From an uncultured Eubacteriales bacterium (GTDB lineage Bacteria; Bacillota; Clostridia; Lachnospirales; Lachnospiraceae), in contig ONWL01000001.1 in NCBI GenBank assembly GCA_900321525.1, forward strand, positions 1 to 31,568: DNA of 31,568 nucleotides, written 5' to 3'. Position 1 is the stretch's first letter. Every line of letters begins with the position of its first letter. This document shows, piece by piece, positions 7,910 to 17,970 of the stretch. The translations under genes were made by a program, and so were the position numbers. Under the pieces are notes generated by a model. That model was not told the origin of the DNA. It saw only the letters and a program-made list of their open reading frames with translations, and did no database searches.

Positions 7910-8697
7910 TTAACCTTTGACAGCTCCGGAAAGTCCCTCTGTATAATATTTCTGCATAAATACAAACAGAATAGCAATCGGAATGGAAATACAAACTGCT
8001 CCGGCAGCGAAGCATGTATACCACTTGTCAATATATTCCTTTTCCAACATCTTCCACAGGCCGATTGCAACTGTATAATACTGTGCATTTGCACGGCAAA
8101 TAACCTTTGCGAAGATGAAATCCAGCCATGGTGCAAGGAAGGAAGTCAACACGGTGTAAACAATAATTGGTTTGCTCAACGGAATCGTCACTTTTGTAAA
8201 TACCTGGAACTTGGTACAACCATCCAGATATGCAGCCTCATCCAGTGCCTTTGGTACGGTATCAAAGAATCCTTTTGCAATATAGAATCCTGCACCGCTT
8301 CCTCCGGAATAAACCAGAATCAATGCCACACGAATCATAGAGCCTTCTGACAGACCAACTTTTTAAAGCGCAGTCTGGACATACAGTATGACACAGACAG
8401 TACAAAGAATGTGGAGATCAGGCAAGTAAAGATTGCAATGATCAACGTATTCAAGAACATCTGTGGAAAGTTCAAGATTGAGGTATCGGTAAACAAACGT
8501 CTATAGTTATCCAAGGTATATCCCTTCGGGAAAAAACTGGTAACATAGGAGCCCTTCTGGTTACTGAAACTCAGGAGGATAATCCAGGCAATGGGGACGA
8601 CCCAGACAAATGCCAGTATCGCTAATACAACATGGACAACAGTATCGGAAATAATCTTCTGTGTCCTCATAGATTTTGTTTTCTTTTCTTTTGCCAT
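7910..8697 (-). pseudogene. malG: Sugar ABC permease MalG-like, split by an out-of-frame internal deletion near 8360-8367
   Basis: N-half 8335-8697 reads ...YCMSRLRFK then leaves frame; the C-half frame reads KVGLSEGSMIRVAL...LDEAAYLDG (EAA motif)...GAVKG and is preceded by an in-frame TAA. Confidence 0.8.
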
Positions 8698-10069
8698 TAT
8701 TGGAATCCCTCCTCATTCTTATAAGATCCGGTGTTACGATATGTAACCAGGGATACAATAGCTAGAATTATGAATGTCAAAATACCTACAACTGCACCTA
8801 CATTGTAGTACTGCAAGTCAATGGTCAACTTATACAACCATGTAACCAGAAGGTCTGTCTTTCCGGCAGTAGAGCCAACCGGAGTAGGCGCGCACCTGTC
8901 AACAGGTAAATGACATTAAAGTTATTGATATTACCGGTAAATGTGGTAATCAGGTATGGTGTTGTTACAAACAACATATATGGCAGCGTGATCTTAAAGA
9001 AGATGGTCACTGCATTGGCTCCATCCACTCGAGCTGCCTCATATAATTCTGTAGGAATATTCTGTAAAATACCAGTTACCTGCAGCATGGTAAATGGAAC
9101 ACCAATCCATACATTGATAACAATGACAATCACCCTCGCCCATGTGGCATTGGTCAAAAACGGAAGTGGACTGTTAATCAATCCTGCATTCTGCAACAGC
9201 ACATTGATCAGACCATTGTCCTTTAACATAGTACGCATTAACAACAAAGATACGAACTGTGGAATTGCTGCAGAAAGCATGAAACAGAATCTCCAGAATC
9301 CCTTGAACCGTGTGGTCTTTCTGTTAATGACAATGGCAAGAATCATACCCAGAATATAGTTTGAGAAAGTGGCAAAAATTGCCCAGATAATAGTCCATCC
9401 CAGTACAGACCAGAAAGTCTTACCAATAGAATTGCCTAAACCAAGTACGGTCACAAAGTTTTTCAAACCAGCCCAGTTAAACAGTGTCAGGTTGTCATTG
9501 ACTTTACTGTAGGTTGTAAATGCCATACAGATCATAAACACCAATGGAAGGATCGTAAAGATGATAATACCCAAAATTGGTGCTGTCATCAGACTGTAAT
9601 GCAGATTTGTATCAAGCAGTGCCTTCAGATCTTTTCTGAAGCTGTTGATCTCACGTCCATCTCTTGCATCACACTCATTCTTATATGCACACTTTAAATT
9701 TGCACGCCATGCAATAATAAATGCTATGGTCAGAAATATGGTTCCCACACCATACAAAAGGAATAATATGGTCATATCACCGTTCACATACTCATATACC
9801 CCTTTGGCTTCATTCCATACTTCTTCCTGGGTGCTTCCGCCAAGTGTGATCAGGTGCTGCAAATTTCCGATTCCACTTTGAATCATAAACCAGATATAAC
9901 CAACTTCAATTGCCAGATAAATCAGTCCTTTGATGATCTGCTTATGTGCAAGACAGCCAAGACCCATAATCAGCATGGAAAATTTTGTAATGGGATTTCC
10001 CTTTGATACAGCATTACTTACTATATAAGGTGTGGCAAAATCTGAAGCTTTTTTTTGAAAGATTGCCAT
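8697..10069 (-). pseudogene. malF: Sugar ABC permease MalF-like with a 1-bp frameshift near 8893
   Basis: EAA motif LYEAARVDGAN. After NFNVIYLLTG, adding one G gives GAPTPVGSTAGKTDLLVTWLYKLT...YKNEEGFQ*, ending in a TAATG overlap with the malG start. Start 10069. Confidence 0.8.
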
Positions 10070-10090
10070 ATGTTTTCCTTTCTTAAAATA

Positions 10091-10140
10091 CGGGCATTGT
10101 CTGCGTTTATGCAACTGCATGAGATGCTAGACAATGCCCG
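10091..10140. other. Intercistronic stem-loop between the binding-protein and permease genes
   Basis: Perfect 12-bp inverted repeat CGGGCATTGTCT/AGACAATGCCCG with inner ATGCA/TGCAT pairing and no U tract. Confidence 0.75.
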
Positions 10141-10185
10141 TAAGGTTCATGCTATCGTATTCTTTTCAGCCAGACAATGTCGGTA

Positions 10186-11517
10186 TTACTCTACTACAGC
10201 GGTGTTAATGCTATCGTTGAAATTCTCTGTCATTTCAGCTGCGTTTTCATGTGTTACTTCACCGTTTACAATTGCCTTACCCATGTTCTCAGCTGGACTC
10301 CAGTACTGATCCATCTTAGATACGAATGGCTGGATGATAGAGGTGTTGGAGAATGTATCGTTCTGTGCAATTACCAGTTCATCTGAACCAATTACTTCAT
10401 CCTCTAACAGTTCTGTATTACAAGGAACTACACTTCTTAACTCATAGTGAGCTTTCTGTGCTTCCGCACCACCTAAGTAGCTTGCCAGTGCAACTGCAAT
10501 CTGTGGATACTCGGTAGTTGGGTTTACACCAATTGCCTTAGAACCTGCAAAAGATTTCAGCTGCTTTTCTTCACCATCAATGGTAATGGTTGGCAACTGT
10601 GCCACACCATAGTTATCACCCAGTGCTTCCTGTACTGCACTTGCATCCCAAGAACCAGAGAAGATTGCATTGATGGAACCATCACGCAGACCAGAGATAC
10701 CAGCTCCGTCAGAATCCAGTACGAAGTTGGAGTTTGCATACAAGTCAACCAGATAATCGGTTACTGCTACAGCCTTGTCACCGGAGAAATCTACACCAGC
10801 TTCCTCATCTGTGCCATCTTCACCAAACAAGGTACAACCGTTTGCTACATAGAAAGAAGCGATGTACCAGGAATTGGTCAATGGGAAGGAAACTACACCC
10901 TTCTCTAACATAGTATCCAGATTCTTGATGTCATCTTCACTGAATACAGACTTATCATAATACATAAACCATGTATTGGTGGTAAATGGAACACCATACA
11001 GTGCGCCATCTAAAGATACGGAATCAATGATTGCATCTGAGTTGGTAGACTGTACTGCTTCTTCTGCGGAACCACCCAGCTTTGCAATACCATTAGATGC
11101 TACCAGAGCGGTCAGGTTGTCATTTGCGAACATGTACACATCTGCTGCACCGTCTACATCCTGTGTAACAGTACTCTTTGCATCACCTTCTGCACAAACA
11201 CCATACTCGAAGGTCACATCCCATTCTGGATGCTCTTCATTGAACTTCTCACACATTGTCTGTAACCATGCGCCCTGATCCTCTGCCTGATCCTCAGATG
11301 GAGACCATACAGTTAATGTTGCGGAAATGACGTCTTCATCAGTTGCGTTTGTGTCTGCAGCGTTTGTATCTGCCTCTGTTGCCTTTGTTGCCTTTGTCTC
11401 TGCAGATTTTGTTTCAGCCTTTGTGTCTGCTGGTGTATTATCAGAGTTACCACATCCTGCAAACAAACCTGCTGCCATAGCAGCAACCATCATCATAGAA
11501 ATTACTTTTCTTTTCAT
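10186..11517 (-). CDS. Maltodextrin-type ABC substrate-binding lipoprotein (MalE/CycB-like), 443 aa
   Basis: Signal peptide with lipobox LFAGC, Ala/Thr/Asp/Lys-rich linker, ADVYMFANDNL, LYGVPFTTNTWFMYYDKS, FSGSWD, SFAGSKAIGVN; directly upstream of the permeases. Confidence 0.9.
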   Translation of the reverse strand: MKRKVISMMMVAAMAAGLFAGCGNSDNTPADTKAETKSAETKATKATEADTNAADTNATDEDVISATLTVWSPSEDQAEDQGAWLQTMCEKFNEEHPEWDVTFEYGVCAEGDAKSTVTQDVDGAADVYMFANDNLTALVASNGIAKLGGSAEEAVQSTNSDAIIDSVSLDGALYGVPFTTNTWFMYYDKSVFSEDDIKNLDTMLEKGVVSFPLTNSWYIASFYVANGCTLFGEDGTDEEAGVDFSGDKAVAVTDYLVDLYANSNFVLDSDGAGISGLRDGSINAIFSGSWDASAVQEALGDNYGVAQLPTITIDGEEKQLKSFAGSKAIGVNPTTEYPQIAVALASYLGGAEAQKAHYELRSVVPCNTELLEDEVIGSDELVIAQNDTFSNTSIIQPFVSKMDQYWSPAENMGKAIVNGEVTHENAAEMTENFNDSINTAVVE

Positions 11518-11622
11518 AGTATCCTCCTTTTACTCCTCCGGTCTGCCACAATCCAGTCTCTCATGTAATCCTCGCCCTATTAGATGAAGAACTACTTTGT
11601 GGTGTTCCGTTCTTGTATCTTT

Positions 11623-11631
11623 ATTATATCA
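11623..11631 (-). promoter_or_regulatory. Extended -10 (TGaTATAAT) for the ABC operon; no clear -35
   Basis: Minus strand ...GGCTGATATAATAAAG about 105 nt upstream of the binding-protein start. Confidence 0.5.
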
Positions 11632-11738
11632 GCCGATTTCAGAAATGAAAATATCAAAAAACTTTGATTCCTGTGGATTTTCTATAAATCTTCAATAAAA
11701 TCCAGTTGGAATCTACAAATTTTTGATTACTTTTTTAC

Positions 11739-11787
11739 AAAAAAAGCAGGTTGATATGGCAATTCATCTTATATCAACCTGCTTTTT
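11739..11787. terminator. Bidirectional terminator after the regulatory SBP gene
   Basis: Perfect 17-bp inverted repeat AAAAAGCAGGTTGATAT/ATATCAACCTGCTTTTT. Confidence 0.85.
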
Positions 11788-11813
11788 CTTATGCCGTTTC
11801 TGTACGTTCTTCC

Positions 11814-13520
11814 TTACTCTTCAAGCTGTTTGTCCTTTACATTTTCCAACTTTGCTTCTATTTGGGTGCCCCCTTTCTCCTTCCATTGCTCCACAAAATC
11901 ATCAAAGGCCTCAATGCCTACCTCTCCACGAATGATCCTCAGATACACTTCCTGTTCCAAATCCTCCAGCGCATACCACTCCATCATCAAATCACTTGGA
12001 ATTCTGGGAAACAGACAGACTTGTTGAATGATGTTTCCTTCACTGAGCAGAGAACAGGCAGCAATCCTGGACGCATAACCGCTCCAGCTCTCCGCTGTGG
12101 CCTGCTGTGGATTTTCCAGGTACTGCTCACATACCTGATAGTAAGAACGCTCCAGTAACTCCAATTCACTGGCCGGTATTTCCCCATTCAGTACACCGCA
12201 CAGATTTTCATAACAAATGTTCAATGCCTGATTATAATCCACATTAATGGAAAGAGGTCTTGCCGTGGGATCCACATTCTGCCTGTAATACAGTTCAAAC
12301 TCTCCCTCCGGATCATCATAGGAATACCGCATGTAATCAAACATCACCGATATGATCTTAAACACAATTTCTGGATGTTCATATCCCTTTCTGACTACCA
12401 CATAATTTCCAGTCATTTTCTGAGTACCAAATCGGGTGGCATTCACCCCTGTATTGTCGATGAGACAGGGAACCCAGTCTGCATTTGCATCTACCTCCCT
12501 GCATTTCCAAAGGGGATTATTTGGTGCCCACCATGGCGCAAAGAAAATCCCGCAGCGTCCCTTTATGATCAGATCCGCAATATCCTCCTGTGTCCGTATG
12601 AGAAAATCCGGATCCAATACCCCATTTTCATACAATTCATGAAGATGAAGCAATGCATCTCTTGCCTCCGGCTGTATGGAACCATACCACACATTTCCAT
12701 CCTCTTTTTCAATCCACATCTGTGGATAAGCAGAAAATGCCGCAAACTCCAGATCCATGGTAAACTCAGATGCGGTACCGGAGCTGCCGGTAAGACCTGC
12801 ATTACAGGCAATACCGATATTAGGTTCTGTCTCTGTACAACCTACATTCTGTTCCACAAAAGCAGCCGCTACTGCCTCTACATCAGCCAACGTCTGTGGT
12901 ATATCCAATCCAAGTTTATCCAGGTAATCCTTGCGCACCCAGCACAAGTTAGGACCATTGGAAATATTGGTCTCCGGCACCGCCATGATTCGTTTGCCAA
13001 AGGTACAGTTACCAAAAATCTCACCACCGTAACTCTCATAGATTTCCTTGATCTTCTCGCTGGCACACTGGGCATACGCGTCTGTCAAATCCTCCAGCAT
13101 CCCTTTTTCCTGCATCTGATACATAATCTCTTCACTGACCACCATCACGTCTGCAATCTCACCACTGGTCACCATCATATAAACACCATTGTAATAACTG
13201 TCACCACTGTTCTCATAAACATCCTGATTCTGGGCATTGATTACCTCCCGAATCAGTCTGGTATATGCATTGTCCTCATAACTTTCTCCCAATGGAAGCT
13301 TAGAATTGTCTTCTGTAATCTCCTTCGCCAGCGTATAAGTCACAGTCTGCGGATACCTGCCAAATGGTGTGGTAGACGCTTCCTTCCACTGCGCAGACAT
13401 ATCGTTGGTTTCTGTCACCGGTTCTGTCATAGTTTCCTCTATTCCCACCCGTTCATTGTAATCGCATCCCGCCAACATACATGTCACCAAAAACAGAACT
13501 GCCATTCTCTTCTGCTTCAT
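11814..13520 (-). CDS. Extracellular solute-binding lipoprotein (LplA-like), 568 aa
   Basis: Lipobox MLAGC; LEDLTDAY, CWVRKDYLDKLGL..PQT, GRCGIFFAPWW, VVRKGYEHPE, FDDFVEQWKEKGG. Confidence 0.85.
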   Translation of the reverse strand: MKQKRMAVLFLVTCMLAGCDYNERVGIEETMTEPVTETNDMSAQWKEASTTPFGRYPQTVTYTLAKEITEDNSKLPLGESYEDNAYTRLIREVINAQNQDVYENSGDSYYNGVYMMVTSGEIADVMVVSEEIMYQMQEKGMLEDLTDAYAQCASEKIKEIYESYGGEIFGNCTFGKRIMAVPETNISNGPNLCWVRKDYLDKLGLDIPQTLADVEAVAAAFVEQNVGCTETEPNIGIACNAGLTGSSGTASEFTMDLEFAAFSAYPQMWIEKEDGNVWYGSIQPEARDALLHLHELYENGVLDPDFLIRTQEDIADLIIKGRCGIFFAPWWAPNNPLWKCREVDANADWVPCLIDNTGVNATRFGTQKMTGNYVVVRKGYEHPEIVFKIISVMFDYMRYSYDDPEGEFELYYRQNVDPTARPLSINVDYNQALNICYENLCGVLNGEIPASELELLERSYYQVCEQYLENPQQATAESWSGYASRIAACSLLSEGNIIQQVCLFPRIPSDLMMEWYALEDLEQEVYLRIIRGEVGIEAFDDFVEQWKEKGGTQIEAKLENVKDKQLEE

Positions 13521-13573
13521 GCTTTTCTCCCTTTTCCTTTCCCATCACGATGTTCTTTTTGTTGATACACTCC

Positions 13574-15250
13574 TTATGATTGTTCTACTACAGGAAAATG
13601 CACCTGTATTTCCGTTCCTGTTCCCTCCACACTATTTATGATCAATCCATAAGACTCTCCATACTGCAATTGAATTCTAGAGTGTACATTCTTGACACCA
13701 TAACCAGGACTTGTATTTTGTAAAATACTTTCTGCCTTTTCCTGACTCATCCCATTGCCATTATCCGTTACTTTTAATACAATCTCCTGTCCTTCTTTGC
13801 TGCCTGTAATGGTGATGACCCCTTTTCTGTCCCGTAACTGGTCGATTCCATGATGAATGGCGTTTTCTGCCAGAGGCTGCAGTACCAGATTCAAAGTTTC
13901 ATACTCCATGATGTCCGGCGCAACCGCAATCTCCACATCAAAGCTGTAATCATGGAACATTTCCTGAATTTCCAAATATGCTTTGACATTGTCCAACTCC
14001 TCCCGTATGGGCATCACATTTTTTCCTTTGTTCAACGATGTTCTGTAATACCTGGATAATTCCAATGTGGCTTTGCTGATGTCCTCTGCCCCGATTTCCA
14101 ACGCTTTCCAGTTGATTAATGACAGAGAATTATATAAAAAGTGGGGGTTGATTTGTGCCCGAAGGGCTGTCATCTCATACTTTTTCTGGGCAATCTGACT
14201 TTCATATACCTCCCTGATTAGTCTGCGCAGTTCTGTTACCATATGTTGAAATCCTCTTGCCAGATCTCCAATCTCGTCCTTGCGGGTGTCACTGATCTGT
14301 ATATCCAGATTTCCGCTTTCTACTGTTTTCATGCAGTTATCCAAATACTTCACTCGTACCGATATATTTTTTGCCAAATAAAGCAATGCCCCCAGAGACA
14401 ACGCAACACACAATCCCCAAATAAGCAATATCTGTTTCAATAACGTATCCAATGGACTGGTCATCTGATCCTTAGACATCACACAGCCAATGGTCCATTG
14501 GTACTGTGTCTGTGCCAAAGGATGCTCCAATACCACAAAGGAATCCTCCTGCTCCTCTTTGATTTCCTGAAACTGTGCAAATCCAATCTGCCCCCCTGAC
14601 GTTCCTGCCATATATTCATAAATGGGCGTATCTCCTTCATATATAAAAACAGAATAACTACCTACATTTGCCAGTTTCAGTTTCCGCAACAGCCGATCAT
14701 AATCCATGGAAACATACAACAAACCACCCTCGTCCATCAAAGGCATACTGCGAATCAACAAAATTTTTCTATTTTCCTGATCTGCATACCATTTAATGCC
14801 ATCGTTTTCCAGTTCTGCCCAGGGTTCCTCTGCAATATCCGCATAAGGCAACAGATAATTGCCATGTGAAATAATGTCACGTTTCATATATATACTGACC
14901 TGAGTGATGTCTGTGTAAAAATATTTCACAGAATCCATCATTGGATCAAACTCCTTTACAAGCCGTTGATACATATCAAAGTTGTTTTGATCCATATCAT
15001 CCAAAATAATCCCCACCGTACGATTGAACGCAATATAATCAGACATTCTGGTACGCAGTCTTAATTCTGTATCCAGAGATTCTGCCTCTCTTTCAAAGGT
15101 AACTGCCAAATTATTGATCTCTCGTTGTTGCAGTACATCTGTCATCTGTGAAAAAAACATGATACATACAATACAAATGGGCAGCAACCCGGTCAGTAAA
15201 TAAATAAAAATCAGTTTCTTACTCATCTGAAGATTGTCAAAAAAACCCAT
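13574..15250 (-). CDS. YesM-like sensor histidine kinase (two TM segments, HAMP, His_kinase, HATPase), 558 aa
   Basis: RKDEIGDLARGF (HAMP), ALRAQINPHFLYNSL (H box), LQPLAENAIHHG, DNGNGM, GYGVKNV. Confidence 0.92.
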   Translation of the reverse strand: MGFFDNLQMSKKLIFIYLLTGLLPICIVCIMFFSQMTDVLQQREINNLAVTFEREAESLDTELRLRTRMSDYIAFNRTVGIILDDMDQNNFDMYQRLVKEFDPMMDSVKYFYTDITQVSIYMKRDIISHGNYLLPYADIAEEPWAELENDGIKWYADQENRKILLIRSMPLMDEGGLLYVSMDYDRLLRKLKLANVGSYSVFIYEGDTPIYEYMAGTSGGQIGFAQFQEIKEEQEDSFVVLEHPLAQTQYQWTIGCVMSKDQMTSPLDTLLKQILLIWGLCVALSLGALLYLAKNISVRVKYLDNCMKTVESGNLDIQISDTRKDEIGDLARGFQHMVTELRRLIREVYESQIAQKKYEMTALRAQINPHFLYNSLSLINWKALEIGAEDISKATLELSRYYRTSLNKGKNVMPIREELDNVKAYLEIQEMFHDYSFDVEIAVAPDIMEYETLNLVLQPLAENAIHHGIDQLRDRKGVITITGSKEGQEIVLKVTDNGNGMSQEKAESILQNTSPGYGVKNVHSRIQLQYGESYGLIINSVEGTGTEIQVHFPVVEQS

Positions 15251-16774
15251 TTATTCCCCCTGCTCTCTGTACTTCTTCGGACTTACCCCAAATGTTTCTC
15301 TGAAACTTTGACAAAAATAAGATACATTGACAAATCCACATTCTACACAAATATCGCCAATTTTTTTATTGGTATCAGAAAGAAGCTCTTTGGCACGTTC
15401 CATTCGAAAACGTTTCAAGTATGTACTGAGATTCTCCCCTGTTTCTTTTTTAAACAGGCTGCTGAGATAATTGGGTGTCATATTCACTTCCATTGCCAGC
15501 TGATCTACCCCTAACCCACTGTCAGAATATTTCTTCTTCACAATCTGCTGTACCATCTCTACTTCCCTGCGTTTTGTTCCACAGGAATTTTCCATCTGCA
15601 ACTGGAGCTTATCAATGGATGTTTGCAGGATGACAATCATACTTTGCATATCATTACAATGATACAATCGATCAATGGCACGGTTCAACAATTTCTCATC
15701 TGTATCCGTTAGATGACTATAAATCTCCTTTAACAGATTAGAAAACATAAATTTAATGTAAATCTGAGAAAAATTCTTCTGGAACTGATACCGGTCACAA
15801 AACAGCTGAAAATGCTCCTGTAAGTTCTCCATATCCCGATGCTTGATATCCAACTGAATCTGTCCAATGAGACGTTCTGCATCTTCCTGGGTATCCTCAT
15901 AGGTTTCCTGCTGTTGAAATGGCAGAAATACATGCTTATCCACAGCATAAAATTTTTCTTCCATCTGCTTTTCTACCAATGCAAAATGCTCTGTAATCTC
16001 CATAGGATAGGTTTGCATATCCGCAGAGACAGAAACAAAACAAGTCTGTCCACATTCCAGCAAAAAATATGCCACCAGCTGTTCTCCCACAGTTGCCCAC
16101 TCTTTTGTCGGCTCCTCTGTAAAAAACAAAAGTGCCTGTTCCGGATTCAGATTCAAATACTGAAAAGAAATTCCCAGTACTTTCCTCATGCCTTTTAATA
16201 TGGTTTCGTCCATCTGCTCAAAGAAATTGCCGTTACATTCCAACAACAGCATCCGCTGATACCCATCAACAAAATTCAGATCAATAAGATCCATTGCTTT
16301 CTCCTGCAATGAAGCTTTGGACTGTCCGTTGACCATTAGATACAGCAGATGTTCCTTGATAAAGTCTATGCTTTCATCCTTGCGCCGTTCCTCCTGTCTG
16401 GACTGTTCCAATTCTGCCAAAATATTCCGAACTGCCTTTTCAAATTCTTCCGGATTCACTGGCTTCAATATATATTCCGATACACCATAAGAAATGGCTT
16501 TTTTTGCATAACCAAAATCATCGTACCCGCTAAAGATAATAGATGCCATCTCCGGATATTTTTTGTGTACCTGCTCCAACAGTCCCATTCCGTCCATAAA
16601 AGGCATATTGATATCTGTCATGAGCACATCCACCTGGTTCTCTTCCAATACCGCCAGTGCATCTTCACCGTTTGCGGCCTGTAGGATCGTACCATTTTTA
16701 TCTACCTTTTTTAACAGCATACATAAACCTTTTCGTTCGATCAATTCGTCATCTACAATCAAATACGTATACAT
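15251..16774 (-). CDS. YesN-like response regulator (receiver plus AraC HTH), 507 aa
   Basis: LIVDDE, VLMTDINMPFMDG, YILKP; C-terminal YLSSLFKKETGENL...YFCQSFRETFGVSPKKYR. Start reset to 16774. Confidence 0.92.
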   Translation of the reverse strand: MYTYLIVDDELIERKGLCMLLKKVDKNGTILQAANGEDALAVLEENQVDVLMTDINMPFMDGMGLLEQVHKKYPEMASIIFSGYDDFGYAKKAISYGVSEYILKPVNPEEFEKAVRNILAELEQSRQEERRKDESIDFIKEHLLYLMVNGQSKASLQEKAMDLIDLNFVDGYQRMLLLECNGNFFEQMDETILKGMRKVLGISFQYLNLNPEQALLFFTEEPTKEWATVGEQLVAYFLLECGQTCFVSVSADMQTYPMEITEHFALVEKQMEEKFYAVDKHVFLPFQQQETYEDTQEDAERLIGQIQLDIKHRDMENLQEHFQLFCDRYQFQKNFSQIYIKFMFSNLLKEIYSHLTDTDEKLLNRAIDRLYHCNDMQSMIVILQTSIDKLQLQMENSCGTKRREVEMVQQIVKKKYSDSGLGVDQLAMEVNMTPNYLSSLFKKETGENLSTYLKRFRMERAKELLSDTNKKIGDICVECGFVNVSYFCQSFRETFGVSPKKYREQGE

Positions 16775-17099
16775 TCCAATTCCCCTTCTGTGCAAATATT
16801 CCATATTTATTATAGCTCTGGATTGAAAAAATTGACACCCCCAGAGTATCAGAAAATTATTCCATTTTTAACAGTTTATAAAGGATTTGAAGCTATGTCA
16901 AGAAGTTTATGTGAATCTTTACTTATAATTGCAAAATTTTATTTTCATAATTATATGTTTTTGAAAAAACACTCAATTCTTTTATTCATAATTGCTTTCA
17001 CATACCTGTTTTGATTAAAAAAGATTCAACGGTTTGTCTAAAAAAAATAAATTTCATTTCATATATTTCCACAAAAATATAACAATCTTATAAAAAGGG

Positions 17100-17128
17100 T
17101 TGCAGAATGGACTTTCTAATGATAAAAT
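17100..17128 (+). promoter_or_regulatory. Sigma-A promoter for the HAD-araC unit
   Basis: TTGCAG-N17-TAAAAT with an extended TG. Confidence 0.65.
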
Positions 17129-17203
17129 AGTTCAAAACAAATAAGTCTCATCTGTAATATGAACAAATTCCTCGCCCAATCGTCTATGAAAGGAATTTTT
17201 TCT

Positions 17204-17932
17204 ATGTATCAGAATTATATTTTTGACTTATACGGTACTCTGGCCGATATTCACACAGATGAAGAACAGCCTCTTCTCTGGGAAAAGTTAGCTTACTTTA
17301 TGGCAATGCAGGGAGCGCATTATACCCCTGCAGAACTGCATACACGTTATCAGGATTTGATTCGTGAAGAGGAGGCACAGACGCAGGCGGTTATTTTCTC
17401 ATCTACTGCTCCGAATGGAGCCGCTGAGATTGATATCTCAGTTATTTTTCATAAACTCTTCGAACAAAAGGGGATTTCTGCGTCAGAGCAGTTAGTCGCT
17501 CGTACGGCCATGTTCTTTCGCAGCGTTTCATTAGAAAAACTCAGACTTTTTGAAGGTGTCACAGAATTGTTGCAAAAATTACGGTATGCCGGCAAACAAG
17601 TTTATCTTTTATCCAATGCACAGAAACTTTTCACTCGCCCTGAATTGATTTCTTTAAAATTAACTCCATATTTTAATGGGATTTTATTATCCTCTGAGGC
17701 AGGGCATAAAAAACCTGACCCATATTTTTATGAAATGTTATTGACACAATATAAACTGGATCCAGCCTGTTCTGTCATGATCGGTAATGATGACATTGCA
17801 GATTGCCATGGTGCTGCAGCTGTTGGACTAGATAGTATGTATATCTGTACCGAACAGTCTCCTGTAAGAACCAGATCCCTTCCGGAGCATTGTATTGAAC
17901 TTTCCAATATCAGCGATGTGTTTTTAATCTAG
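17204..17932 (+). CDS. HAD-superfamily hydrolase, 242 aa
   Basis: Motif I IFDLYGTL, motif II LLSNA, motif III KKPD, motif IV IGNDDIAD. Start reset to ATG 17204 behind AAAGGA. Confidence 0.85.
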   Translation: MYQNYIFDLYGTLADIHTDEEQPLLWEKLAYFMAMQGAHYTPAELHTRYQDLIREEEAQTQAVIFSSTAPNGAAEIDISVIFHKLFEQKGISASEQLVARTAMFFRSVSLEKLRLFEGVTELLQKLRYAGKQVYLLSNAQKLFTRPELISLKLTPYFNGILLSSEAGHKKPDPYFYEMLLTQYKLDPACSVMIGNDDIADCHGAAAVGLDSMYICTEQSPVRTRSLPEHCIELSNISDVFLI

Positions 17933-17970
17933 TTTGTGCCTCTATTTTAGCGGCGGAATGGAGTATTTTT

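Noticed and set aside
8335-8370. Programmed frameshift restoring malG
   Set aside because: The downstream frame has a TAA just before KVGL and a helix-sized segment appears missing, so slippage cannot rebuild the protein.
11341-11440. Short tandem repeats in the binding-protein gene as a phase-variation tract
   Set aside because: Units are 9 and 15 bp (in frame) encoding an ordinary flexible lipoprotein linker.
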